A stretch of 62,712 bases of DNA, filler included, from Candidatus Babelota bacterium (GTDB lineage: Bacteria; JAGOBX01), in the NCBI GenBank assembly GCA_017999075.1. It is 14 parts of 14 records of this genome, joined end to end, with 100 filler letters (N's around TTAATTAATTAA, not from the genome) between each part and the next. Parts side by side here need not be neighbours in the genome. Positions count along the whole stretch, not along the records: positions 21,574 to 25,032 come from JAGOBX010000442.1; positions 25,133 to 28,586 come from JAGOBX010000444.1; positions 28,687 to 32,140 come from JAGOBX010000443.1; positions 32,241 to 35,692 come from JAGOBX010000445.1; 10 more parts are not named here. The stretch is one strand, 5' to 3'. Position 1 is the stretch's first letter. Each line of letters starts with the position of its first letter. The notes under the pieces were generated by a model, which was not told the DNA's origin, searched no databases, and saw nothing but the letters and a program-made list of their open reading frames with translations. The translations under genes and the position numbers were made by a program. Shown piece after piece: positions 21,574 to 32,621 of this stretch.

Positions 21574-22732
21574 AAACAGAATCTCCTCCTCCAATAACAG
21601 TAGTTCCTTTAATTTCTGCCAATGCTTTTGCAACAGCCAAAGTTCCTTTTGCAAAATCATCAACTTCAAAAACTCCCATTGGTCCGTTCCACACAACTGT
21701 TTTGGCATTTTTCAATTCATCGGCAAATAATTTCATTGATTTTTCGCCTATATCCAATCCCTGTAAATCAGCAGGAATTTTATTGCTGTCAACAGTTTTA
21801 AAATTAACTTTTTCTCCTTGCGGAAGACCTATAGGAAACTTATCAGCCACTACAGTATCAACAGGCAGCAACAATTTTACCCCTTTAGCTTCAGCTTCTT
21901 CTATCATTTTTTTTGCAAACTCAACATTTTCCCCGTCAAGCAGTGATTTTCCTATTTCATATCCTTTAGCTTTAAAAAATGTATATGCCATACCGCCGCC
22001 GATAATTATAGAATTAACTTTTGTCAATAAATTTTTTATAACACCTATTTTATCAGCAACCTTAGCTCCGCCGAGAACTGCAACAAACGGCCGTTCAGGA
22101 TTATTGACCGCATTATATAAAAATTTTATTTCTTTTTCCATCAAATATCCTGCTACTGAAACTTTTATGAATTTCGTGATTGTTTCAGTTGAAGCATGCG
22201 GACGGTGTGCTGTACCGAAAGCGTCATTTACATACACATCAGCATACGATGCCAATATTTTAGCCATTTTTTCACGTTCAGCAGCATCTTTCGAGGTTTC
22301 TTCTTTATGAAATCTTGTGTTTTCAAGCATCAATACTTCTCCGGTTTTCAATTCTTTTATCATCGACTGGGTTTCCTGTCCTGTACAGTCTGCAGAAAGT
22401 TTTACAGGTTTCCCGATAAGTTCAGATAACCGTTTTACTACAGGCGCCATCTTATGTTTGCCGTCAATATATTTTTTTTCGTCAAATGGTTTGCCTGATT
22501 TTTCCGCTTTATCTTTTGCTTTCTGCATATCTTTTTTCGGATCTCCAAGATGCGACATAAGAATCAAATATTCCGGTCCGCTGTTTAACACGTATTTAAT
22601 TGTTGATAACGCCGCAGTAATCCTTGTATCATCCTGGATGACTCCGTCTTTCATAGGAACATTAAAATCAACGCGCATAATCACGCGTTTTCCTTTAAAA
22701 TCAACATCATCAACTGTTTTCTTTTTTAACAT
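21574..22732 (-). CDS. pgk: Phosphoglycerate kinase, 3' truncated
   Basis: [45 protein letters not shown]. Confidence 0.97.
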
Positions 22733-22761
22733 AAAATTTCACCTCGAAATTATTAGTTCAT

Positions 22762-22810
22762 AAAAAATCATTGAGCAATACATTTTTTTTGCATTGCTCA
22801 CTGATTTTTA
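22762..22810 (-). terminator. Stem-loop between gap and pgk (partial terminator or mRNA stabiliser)
   Basis: AAAAATCA-T-TGAGCAAT ... ATTGCTCA-C-TGATTTTT inverted repeat. Confidence 0.55.
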
Positions 22811-22817
22811 TTTTTGA

Positions 22818-23906
<1,089 letters not shown>

Positions 23907-24119
23907 TTAAATAATTAATAATTTTATTTATTTCAGATTAAAGAAATAGAGAAAACTCTGAAAATACTTAAGCGATTTTCATTATTTCCGCAGTTTTCCG
24001 AACAACATAAAAAATATACAAAATCGTTAAAATCAAAATACTGTATATTTTTTCTAAATATACTATATTTCAAAATAATTATACTATTAAAATATATTGA
24101 AGTCAACTTTTTTTTATTT

Positions 24120-25032
24120 TTAATTTTTAACTATTGCAAGAAGTATTCCGGCAGCTACCGCAGAACCTATTACTCCTGCCACATTCGGTCCCATTGCGTG
24201 CATAAGTAAATAATTTGACTGGTTTTCTTTTTGTCCTACCTTCTGAACAACGCGCGCAGCCATAGGCACAGCAGATACTCCGGCGGCTCCTATCAGAGGA
24301 TTTATTTTTCCTTTAGTAAGCTTGCATAAAATCTTGCCTATAATTATGCCGCCGGCTGTTCCAAACATAAAAGAAAACAATCCAAGCAGAAAAATATACA
24401 ATGAATCCCGTTTTAAAAAACTGTCGGCTGTCATAGAACTTCCTACTGCTATTCCGAGAAACAAAGTTATTATATTTATCAGTTCATTTTGAACTGTTTT
24501 TGACAAACGTTCAGTAACTCCGCTTTCCCGTAAAAAATTTCCAATCATAAGCATTCCTATCAAAGAAGCGGAATCAGGAACACAAATGGAAGAAACCAGC
24601 AAAATAATTATAGGAAAAATCAATCTTACAGTCTTAGAAACTTCTCTTGTCTGGATCATAACAATAGCCCTTTCTTTTTTTGTAGTAAGAAGTTTCATTA
24701 TCGGCGGCTGAATGATCGGAATCAAAGCCATATACGAATAAGCTGCTATTGTTATAGGCCCAAGCAATTCAGGAGCAAGTTTATTGGTAAGAAAAATAGT
24801 AGTTGGACCGTCTGCTCCTCCTATTATCCCTATAGAACAGGCTTCAGGTAATTTAAAATTCAATAACAATGCTCCTATAAGAGTCGTAAATATTCCTAAC
24901 TGAGCCGCTGCTCCAAGCAGAAAAGTTTTAGGATTCGCTATAAGCGGACCGAAATCAGTCATAGCTCCCACTCCCAAAAAAATTATCGGAGGAAACAATC
25001 CGGATTTTATCCCCCATCTGAACATTTCAAGC
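24120..25032 (-). CDS. oadB: Na+-translocating decarboxylase beta subunit, 5' truncated
   Basis: [53 protein letters not shown]. Substrate class (oxaloacetate, methylmalonyl-CoA or glutaconyl-CoA) cannot be resolved. Confidence 0.9.
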
Positions 25033-25132
25033 NNNNNNNNNNNNNNNNNNNNNNNNNNNNNNNNNNNNNNNNNNNNTTAATTAATTAANNNNNNNNNNNN
25101 NNNNNNNNNNNNNNNNNNNNNNNNNNNNNNNN
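25033..25132. other. Artificial contig linker
   Basis: N44-TTAATTAATTAA-N44. Confidence 0.98.
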
Positions 25133-25916
25133 AGACAGTACTGTAATGCTGTGGCTTGCGCGAAAAGCTTTTTTTGGACACGTGCCATTTCCTTTAGTGC
25201 ACATAGATACACATTATAAAATAGCCGAAATGATAGAATATAGGGATCATATTGCTAAAGAATGGCATCTTGATATGATGTACGGTGAAAATAGTGAAGC
25301 TCTTGAAAAAAAAATGACTTTTCCGGATGGTAGTTGTACAAGAGTAGAATGCTGTAAAAATTTAAAAACTATTCCTTTGAACAGAACATTAGATGGAAGT
25401 TTTAAGCGTTTTCGGTTAAACTATAAAAAAGAAATATATGAAATCGATAAAAATACCGAAGCATATACTGGCGTTATTGTTGGCGTAAGAGCAGATGAGG
25501 AAGGCAGTAGATCAAAAGAACGGTATTTTTCGCCAAGACAGAAGAATGATGTGTGGCAGGTTGACAATCAGCCTCCAGAATTTTGGAATCAGTTTAAGAC
25601 AGATTTCAAGCCAGGAACGCATATAAGGATTCATCCGCTGCTTGATTGGACAGAACTTGATATATGGGAATATATTGAAAAAGAAAATATACCTGTTGTT
25701 TCCTTGTATTTTGATAGCGGTGAAGGGAAACGCTATAGATCATTAGGCTGCTGGCCGTGTACATTTCCTGTGGAGTCAAATGCAACAAATGTAAGCGAGA
25801 TAATAGAAGAACTTAAAAAAGGAAAATTTTCAAATATTTCTGAACGTTCAGGTCGCGCTCAGGATAAAGAAGATGGCTGCGGTCTTGAAGATTTAAGAAA
25901 AGAAGGTTATATGTAG
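25133..25916 (+). CDS. cysD: Sulfate adenylyltransferase subunit 2, 5' truncated
   Basis: [47 protein letters not shown]. Confidence 0.93.
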
Positions 25917-25957
25917 TAATAGAATTTAATATATAAAATAATTTAATAAAAAAAATA

Positions 25958-27763
25958 ATGAACCAAAAAATCGATAAAAATATGCAAGTTGTAATAGTAG
26001 GGCATGTTGACCACGGAAAAAGCACTATTATCGGACGATTGATGGCGGATACAAAATCTTTGCCAGTAGGAAAACTTGAAGATATTAAAGAATTGTGTCG
26101 TCGCAATTCTAAACCTTTTGAATACGCATTCCTGCTTGATGCGCTCAAGAATGAAAGAGCGCAGGGAATAACAATTGATTCTTCACGCTGCTTTTTTAAA
26201 ACTGCAAAAAGAAAATATATAATTATTGACGCTCCTGGACATATAGAATTTCTGAAGAATATGATTAGTGGAGCTGCGCGCGGCGAAGCCGCGCTTTTGG
26301 TTATTGCTGCTGATGAAGGAATCCGCGAAAATTCCAAACGGCATGCGTATATGCTTTCTATGCTTGGAATCAAACAGATAACTGTTTTAGTAAATAAAAT
26401 GGATCTAACTGATTATTCTGAAGCGGTTTTTAAAAATATTTGTTCAGAATTTAAGATTTTTTTGAAATCGATTGGTATTAATGATAATTATTATATTCCT
26501 GTAAGTGGTATGAACGGCGACAACATTTCAGAGAGATCTGAATGTATGCCCTGGTATAAAAGCAGAACTGTTCTTGAAGCTTTTGATGAATTTGAAAACG
26601 ATGAAACACCGGAAAATAAATTTTTTAGAATGCCGGTTCAAGGTGTTTACAAATTTACTCTGTTTGGCGATAATAGACGAATTATTGCCGGCAAAGTCGA
26701 AACAGGTAAAATCAATATAGGTGATGAGATTGTTTTTTTCCCTTCAGGCAAAAAAAGCAAGATTAAAACAATAGAAGGTTTTAATTTGAAAATTCAGCCT
26801 ACAAGCGCAGTTGCAGGTTATTCTGCGGGGATAACACTTGATGAGCAGATATATGTTAAACGCGGCGAGATGGCAGTCAGACAGGATGAAATTCATCCGA
26901 ATATTTCAACGCGCCTGAAAGCTAATATATTCTGGCTTGGAAATAATAAGCTCCTTGAAAATAAAGAATATACGATGAAAATATGCACATCAAGAATAAA
27001 GTGCAGAATAGAAAAAATTGAAGAAGTGCTTGACGCGTCGAGTCTTGAAAAAAAATATATCAATTTTGCGCTTAAAAATGAAGTGGCAAAATGTATTGTT
27101 AAATTTGAATATCCTGTTACTTTTGATACAATAGATAAAAATCAATCGACAGGCAGGTTTGTTCTTATTGATGATTATGAGATAAGTGGCGGTGGAATCA
27201 TATATGAAGCTTTGGACGATAATGAAAGCGATCTCAGAGAAAAGGTGTATATCAGAAACTACAAATGGGAAAAAAGTATTATATCTAAATTTGAAAGAAG
27301 TAGAAAATATTCGCAGAAGCCATGTATTATACTGATTACCGGTTTGCGTAATTCAGGGAAAAAGCCGCTTGCGAAAATGCTTGAAAAATCTCTTTTTGAG
27401 TTTGGCCAGATTGTATATTTTTTAGGAATTGGCAATCTACTTTATGGCGTTGATTCGGATATTAAATTTAAAGAAGGTGATTTCAGGAAAGAACATCTCA
27501 GGCGATTGGGTGAAATTGCCAATATTCTTATTGATGCAGGAAATATTTTTATTGTTACTGCTACAGAAATAAACTCGAGTGATATGGATATACTAAATAC
27601 GCTCATAGAAAGGGATTTTATCAGGATTATATGGAACGGTGAAAAACCAGAAAATAGTATAAATTGCGATCTTAATATCGGCGATGAAGTTAGTGTTGAG
27701 GAAAAATGTTCGGAAATCATAAAATTTCTTCAGAATCAGGGAATTATTTTCAATCCTTTATAA
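25958..27763 (+). CDS. cysN: Sulfate adenylyltransferase subunit 1 with a degenerate C-terminal APS-kinase-like domain
   Basis: [36 protein letters not shown]-terminal [10 protein letters not shown]. Confidence 0.9.
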   Translation: MNQKIDKNMQVVIVGHVDHGKSTIIGRLMADTKSLPVGKLEDIKELCRRNSKPFEYAFLLDALKNERAQGITIDSSRCFFKTAKRKYIIIDAPGHIEFLKNMISGAARGEAALLVIAADEGIRENSKRHAYMLSMLGIKQITVLVNKMDLTDYSEAVFKNICSEFKIFLKSIGINDNYYIPVSGMNGDNISERSECMPWYKSRTVLEAFDEFENDETPENKFFRMPVQGVYKFTLFGDNRRIIAGKVETGKINIGDEIVFFPSGKKSKIKTIEGFNLKIQPTSAVAGYSAGITLDEQIYVKRGEMAVRQDEIHPNISTRLKANIFWLGNNKLLENKEYTMKICTSRIKCRIEKIEEVLDASSLEKKYINFALKNEVAKCIVKFEYPVTFDTIDKNQSTGRFVLIDDYEISGGGIIYEALDDNESDLREKVYIRNYKWEKSIISKFERSRKYSQKPCIILITGLRNSGKKPLAKMLEKSLFEFGQIVYFLGIGNLLYGVDSDIKFKEGDFRKEHLRRLGEIANILIDAGNIFIVTATEINSSDMDILNTLIERDFIRIIWNGEKPENSINCDLNIGDEVSVEEKCSEIIKFLQNQGIIFNPL

Positions 27764-27774
27764 TATTTAAATTT

Positions 27775-28365
27775 ATGAATTCTAATGTGTTTCTGCATGA
27801 AACAAAGATTTCAGAAAAAGATAAGTCGGAGCTTATAAAGCAGCAAGGTATAGTAATCTGGTTTACAGGTTTATCAGGAGCAGGGAAATCAACACTTGCA
27901 GCTGAGTTTGAAAAATATCTGTATAAAAAGAGAAAACTTACATGTCTGCTCGATGGAGATAATATTCGGTTTGGTTTGAATAGAAATCTTGGTTTTTCTG
28001 AAGATGACAGAACGGAAAATATTCGTAGAATTGCCGAAGTTGCGAAACTTTTTGCGGATAACGCAGTTATAACTCTTGTGTCTTTTATATCGCCTAAAAT
28101 TGCAATGCGTGAAAATGCAAGGAAAATAATAGGTGCTGAAAGGTTTTATGAAATATTCGTTGATGCATCAATAGAAAAATGCGCCGCACGCGATGTTAAG
28201 GGATTGTATAAGAAAGCAATGAACGGAACTGTTAAGAATTTTACAGGGATAACAGCGGAATATGAAAAACCTGAAAATCCGTTTGCCGTTATTTCAACCG
28301 ATAATGACGATATTGAAGAAAGTTTATCAGAACTTATAAAATACTTTGAGGATTTCGGTTTTTAA
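27775..28365 (+). CDS. cysC: Adenylyl-sulfate kinase
   Basis: WFTGLSGAGKST, LDGDNIR, DRTENIRR, SFISP, RDVKGLY; likely start ATG 27775. Confidence 0.95.
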   Translation: MNSNVFLHETKISEKDKSELIKQQGIVIWFTGLSGAGKSTLAAEFEKYLYKKRKLTCLLDGDNIRFGLNRNLGFSEDDRTENIRRIAEVAKLFADNAVITLVSFISPKIAMRENARKIIGAERFYEIFVDASIEKCAARDVKGLYKKAMNGTVKNFTGITAEYEKPENPFAVISTDNDDIEESLSELIKYFEDFGF

Positions 28366-28499
28366 TTTGTATTTTAAAATATTGGCTGAATAAATCAAAT
28401 GCTTGAACAGCTTAAGGTTAGCCGGAAAGTAAAAATATATTTTTTAATTGTCATGTGTTTGATATGGAAAAAGCGCAAAAATTAAGGGAGTTGTTTTAA

Positions 28500-28586
28500 A
28501 TGAGAGGCGAAAAAATTTTGATTTTACGTACTATACCACTAGCCAATTTTAAATTATTTATTGAACATATTGATCAAGAAATGAAT
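28500..28586 (+). CDS. N-terminus of an unidentified protein, truncated by the contig end
   Basis: AAGGGAG RBS then MRGEKILILRTIPLANFKLFIEHIDQEMN, open to the contig edge. Confidence 0.45.
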
Positions 28587-28686
28587 NNNNNNNNNNNNNN
28601 NNNNNNNNNNNNNNNNNNNNNNNNNNNNNNTTAATTAATTAANNNNNNNNNNNNNNNNNNNNNNNNNNNNNNNNNNNNNNNNNNNN
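28587..28686. other. Artificial contig linker
   Basis: N44-TTAATTAATTAA-N44. Confidence 0.98.
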
Positions 28687-28998
28687 GCTCAGATATATGT
28701 ATTACCGTCATTGTGTGAACCGTTCGGGATGAGTATTCTTGAAGCAATGTCATGCGGTCTTCCGGTAATTGTAACGGATGCTGGCGGAGCTCCTGAAGTA
28801 GTTGGAGCCAATAATAGTGAATTTGTTGTGCCTGTAAGAGACAGTGAAAAACTTGCAGAAAAAATTATAAGTTTGTTGTTGAATTATGAAAAATGCAAGA
28901 GCAAAGGAAAAGATAATAGAGAATATGCAGTAAGAAACTTTGATTGGCGGCTTATATCGGCAAAATATAATAGTTTATATGATGAAATATGCGGTTAA
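28687..28998 (+). CDS. Glycosyltransferase family 4 (GT-B), C-terminal part
   Basis: DIYVLPSLCEPFGMSILEAMSCGLPVI (E-x7-E motif), FDW. Confidence 0.9.
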   Translation, partial: AQIYVLPSLCEPFGMSILEAMSCGLPVIVTDAGGAPEVVGANNSEFVVPVRDSEKLAEKIISLLLNYEKCKSKGKDNREYAVRNFDWRLISAKYNSLYDEICG

Positions 28999-30620
28999 TA
29001 CTCAAGATTTTTATAAGCTTTTGTTTTATAGTATTTTTTTTTATAATTCTTGAAATTGCTGTCAGGGTTTTATGGAATGATTGCCCTGAAAATTATTTGT
29101 CTGTGAATTATTACCCTTCTCAAAAAATGCCTGTAAATTCAAAAATTGGATTTGATCATATACCAAATTGGTCTGGCTATGCCACTGGAGTGAAAATAAA
29201 TATAAATAGTGCAGGATTACGGGATGTTGATGAAAAAAATTTTAAAGATAAAAATATAGTGTTGTTTTCCGGAGATTCTATTTTTTTTGGTTATGGATTG
29301 GCGGATGAATTTACGATAACTAATATTTTAAATAAAAAATATTCAGGAAAGGAAAATTATTATTATTTAAATAACGGAGTATGTGGATATAATCTTATTC
29401 AATCATTTGAAAAAACAAAACAACTAATTGAAAAATATAAAAATATAAAATACGTATTTTATTCATTTATACATAATGATGTTGAAGGTCTGTTTCAATC
29501 TGTTCAGCAGGATACTGGTTTTTTGCCTGAAATTAAATCGGCATATTTCATTGAACCTAATAAAAATAATTTTGCCTATAGATTATTGAATTTACTCCTT
29601 CCTGAAGATATAACAAATCCCAAATTTATATCAAGAATTGGAATAAGGCGCTTGCTTATAAGGTATAGTAAATTATATGCTTATATAGCGTTAAATTTAA
29701 AAAAAATATGCTGGTCATTTGTTTCCTCTGAAAGAAAATTTGATTACTGGATTTCAGAATTGAAAATATCGGAAACATTAATTTATGAACCTGTTTTGAA
29801 GACTGCTTTAGAAATAAAAAAATATATGGATCTGAATAAAATTCAATATTCAATAATAGTACCGCTTGATATGATAATTGAAGGCAAGCCGTTAGAAAAA
29901 ATTATTAAAGAATTTCAAAAAAATCAAATTAATAATTATGCGGTTTCATTATTTTTACCGGATAGAACGGAATATGGGAAAAATTTTATATTAGGATGGG
30001 ATTCACATCCTAATAGAAATGGGACTGAATTAATGTCTTCTGTCATAAAAAAAATATTTGAATATGAAAGGTCCGGAGATGCAGGCAACAAGATTTTCAT
30101 AAATGATTATGAATTGAAATTAAAACAATATTTTCAAAAATACGCTGATGATAAAAGGGAATTAGATGATTTTATCAACTCTGTTTTAATGCCTCATTCA
30201 ACATTGTTTTTTTCTAATAATGATTTAACTTCAAAACATTTTGTTTATGGCATATGGGATTATTACCCTTTGAGAAATGGAAAAATAACAGCTCGTATGG
30301 ATGGATTATGGACTTCAAAATATTTATCAATATGCGCGTCTTCCTTATCTGAATTTTCTAAAATTAAATTGTATTTTGATGAATTTCAAATTGGACGCGG
30401 AACTAAAATATTTGTTAATGGAAAAGAAATACCTTTCAATGTTAAAGAAATCCAATCTGGAGGATATATTGAAATGTTCAATGAAAATAATAAAATTGTT
30501 TCTGAAACCTCGCCTGTAAAATATTTTTATGAAATATATTTTGAATTTGATAATTGTTTTAAAGATGATAATAACAGAATATTCGGACCATTTATAAAAA
30601 AACTTGAATTCGAAATATGA
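28989..30620 (+). CDS. Membrane-anchored SGNH/GDSL hydrolase-like protein
   Basis: N-terminal TM ending LEIAVR, INSAGLRD, GDSIFFG, NNGVCGYN, ND, DSHPN. Confidence 0.7.
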   Translation: MRLILKIFISFCFIVFFFIILEIAVRVLWNDCPENYLSVNYYPSQKMPVNSKIGFDHIPNWSGYATGVKININSAGLRDVDEKNFKDKNIVLFSGDSIFFGYGLADEFTITNILNKKYSGKENYYYLNNGVCGYNLIQSFEKTKQLIEKYKNIKYVFYSFIHNDVEGLFQSVQQDTGFLPEIKSAYFIEPNKNNFAYRLLNLLLPEDITNPKFISRIGIRRLLIRYSKLYAYIALNLKKICWSFVSSERKFDYWISELKISETLIYEPVLKTALEIKKYMDLNKIQYSIIVPLDMIIEGKPLEKIIKEFQKNQINNYAVSLFLPDRTEYGKNFILGWDSHPNRNGTELMSSVIKKIFEYERSGDAGNKIFINDYELKLKQYFQKYADDKRELDDFINSVLMPHSTLFFSNNDLTSKHFVYGIWDYYPLRNGKITARMDGLWTSKYLSICASSLSEFSKIKLYFDEFQIGRGTKIFVNGKEIPFNVKEIQSGGYIEMFNENNKIVSETSPVKYFYEIYFEFDNCFKDDNNRIFGPFIKKLEFEI

Positions 30621-30670
30621 TTTAATAATATTTTAATAAATTTTATAAATATATTTTGAGGTATTCACTG

Positions 30671-31873
30671 ATGTTCGAACGTAGAAAATCAGTTCCTGAC
30701 CGCCGCAGAAATTTTAGAACTCCGTTTACCGAACGCAGAAAACGTAATGCTGTTGAAGTATTCCGGTATGAAATAAATAAACTTTGCATTGCCTCATCCA
30801 TAAAGAAAAGAATGACTGAAGCCTTTTCAGATTTTGTTAAAGATTTGAAAGAAACTCCAAGAAATCTTAACCCTGATGAAATTACTGCTTATCTAAAATC
30901 TCTGCCTGATAATAAACAGTCTGCGGCAGCTGCTGCTCTTGAATTTTTATATATAGAACTTTACGGATTTAACCAATACGATCAAATATTCTACGGGTTT
31001 ATTGAATTGACTATTGTTAATCCTAAGTATAATAAATATGTTACTGCCCTAACTGATGCGCTGAAACTTAAAAATTATAGCAACAATACTTTGAAAGATT
31101 ATAAGAACTACATAATTTCAATTCTGAATTATTATGATAAAGAACCTGAAACTATTACGTCTGAAGATATTAAAAGTTATATATTGCTGCAAAAAGAAAT
31201 TAAGCCGTCATTCTCTGCTTCAGCGCAGAGCGGTATAACAAGCGCTTATAAGTTTTTTGCCCGTTTTGTGCTTAAAATAGAATTTAACCTTGAAGATATT
31301 CCATATCCAAAAAAACCGAAGAAACTTCCTAAAGTTATGAATGTTGCAGACGTTAAAAAATTTCTTGATACAGCAGCAGATATGAATATTAAATATCACG
31401 CTATATTTCTTATCGTTTATGCGGCTGGTTTGAGAGTTAGTGAAGTTGTGCGTATTCGTCTTGAACAGATTGATATCGAACGAGGAACACTGCTTGTTTT
31501 AAATGGTAAAGGAAAAAAAGACCGTTATACTATTTTTTCGCAAAAAATAATGAATGCCATTAAACAATATATCGCGGAATATAAACCGGAAAGTTGGTTA
31601 TTTTATTCAGGTAAGGCTTTAAACCAACATTTAACAAAAGAATCTGTAGAAAAAATGTTTGCAAAATACAAGCACTTATCAGGCGTTAACCCTTTAGCAA
31701 CCACTCATTCGCTGAGACATTCATTCGCCACTCATTTGCTTGAAAGTGGTACTGATATTCGTTATATTCAGGAACTGCTCGGACATAAAGATATTAAAAC
31801 TACTGAAATTTATTTGCATGTTAGCAATAAAGAAATTTCAAAAATAATTAGTCCAGCAGACAGATTTCTTTAA
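30671..31873 (+). CDS. Tyrosine recombinase/integrase (integron-integrase-like architecture) with an N-terminal extension
   Basis: Complete catalytic set: GLRVSE, GKGKKDR, HSLRHSFATHLLE, LLGH, TTEIY; KKLPKV linker; SAM-like N-terminal domains; GAGGT RBS before ATG 30671. Confidence 0.92.
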   Translation: MFERRKSVPDRRRNFRTPFTERRKRNAVEVFRYEINKLCIASSIKKRMTEAFSDFVKDLKETPRNLNPDEITAYLKSLPDNKQSAAAAALEFLYIELYGFNQYDQIFYGFIELTIVNPKYNKYVTALTDALKLKNYSNNTLKDYKNYIISILNYYDKEPETITSEDIKSYILLQKEIKPSFSASAQSGITSAYKFFARFVLKIEFNLEDIPYPKKPKKLPKVMNVADVKKFLDTAADMNIKYHAIFLIVYAAGLRVSEVVRIRLEQIDIERGTLLVLNGKGKKDRYTIFSQKIMNAIKQYIAEYKPESWLFYSGKALNQHLTKESVEKMFAKYKHLSGVNPLATTHSLRHSFATHLLESGTDIRYIQELLGHKDIKTTEIYLHVSNKEISKIISPADRFL

Positions 31874-31933
31874 TTTTATATTTATTTTTTTAGAATTAGT
31901 AATAACATTATTATGATTATTAAAAATTGTAAC

Positions 31934-31969
31934 TACAACTATGCTTTTAATTTTATGGGCATAGTTGTA
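31934..31969 (+). terminator. Hairpin downstream of the integrase
   Basis: Perfect 11-bp inverted repeat TACAACTATGC / GCATAGTTGTA. Confidence 0.5.
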
Positions 31970-32081
31970 ATATTTTGATTGACTTTTTAAAGTTGACTGG
32001 ATGCGATTTAGCCAGAATGTTTTTTACTAAAATTACGACTATCCCGCTAATTATAATTGCTTAGTCGTAACTTTTCGGTAG

Positions 32082-32105
32082 AACTAAATACAAGTTATCA
32101 GAAAG
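32082..32105 (+). other. Candidate attI-like recombination site
   Basis: AACTAAATACAAGTTATCAGAAAG has the same CTAAA-N5-GTT spacing as attI1 (CCCTAAAACAAAGTT) and is preceded by the inverted repeat TTACGACTA/TAGTCGTAA. Confidence 0.4.
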
Positions 32106-32140
32106 AGCGTTTTAAAAAGCGAGCCGGCATAATATAAATG

Positions 32141-32240
32141 NNNNNNNNNNNNNNNNNNNNNNNNNNNNNNNNNNNNNNNNNNNNTTAATTAATTAANNNN
32201 NNNNNNNNNNNNNNNNNNNNNNNNNNNNNNNNNNNNNNNN
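32141..32240. other. Artificial contig linker
   Basis: N44-TTAATTAATTAA-N44. Confidence 0.98.
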
Positions 32241-32447
32241 TGCGCTATAATCATGCAAAAATATAAGCTTCCAATAAATTATTATGAAAAGTATAAACTT
32301 AAAACTTTTGCAGCAAAGTATGATTTTGAAAAATTAAAACTTTTTTTAAAATATATGATAGAACTTGATCATTTCCAGAAAAGCAGAGATAATTTTTTTA
32401 ATGAAACTGCGTTTGAAATTTTTTTGAGAAAACTTTCTGATTTTTAA
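32241..32447 (+). CDS. C-terminal gene fragment, possibly DNA polymerase III delta subunit
   Basis: The helical pattern AAKYDFEKLKLFLKYMIELDHFQKS...FEIFLRKL resembles the HolA C-terminus. Weak evidence. Confidence 0.4.
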   Translation, partial: CAIIMQKYKLPINYYEKYKLKTFAAKYDFEKLKLFLKYMIELDHFQKSRDNFFNETAFEIFLRKLSDF

Positions 32448-32621
32448 TTTTATAAAATAATTATTGTGTAAAACTTTCATTTATTATATACTATTGAAAG
32501 TAAAATTTTATAAATATTTACAGAAAACGTTAAAAATTATTTGAAATTAAAAATATTTATTTTAATTTTTAGAATGAAAAAATAATTAAATTTATTAATA
32601 TTAAAAAAAGGATGGTGAATT

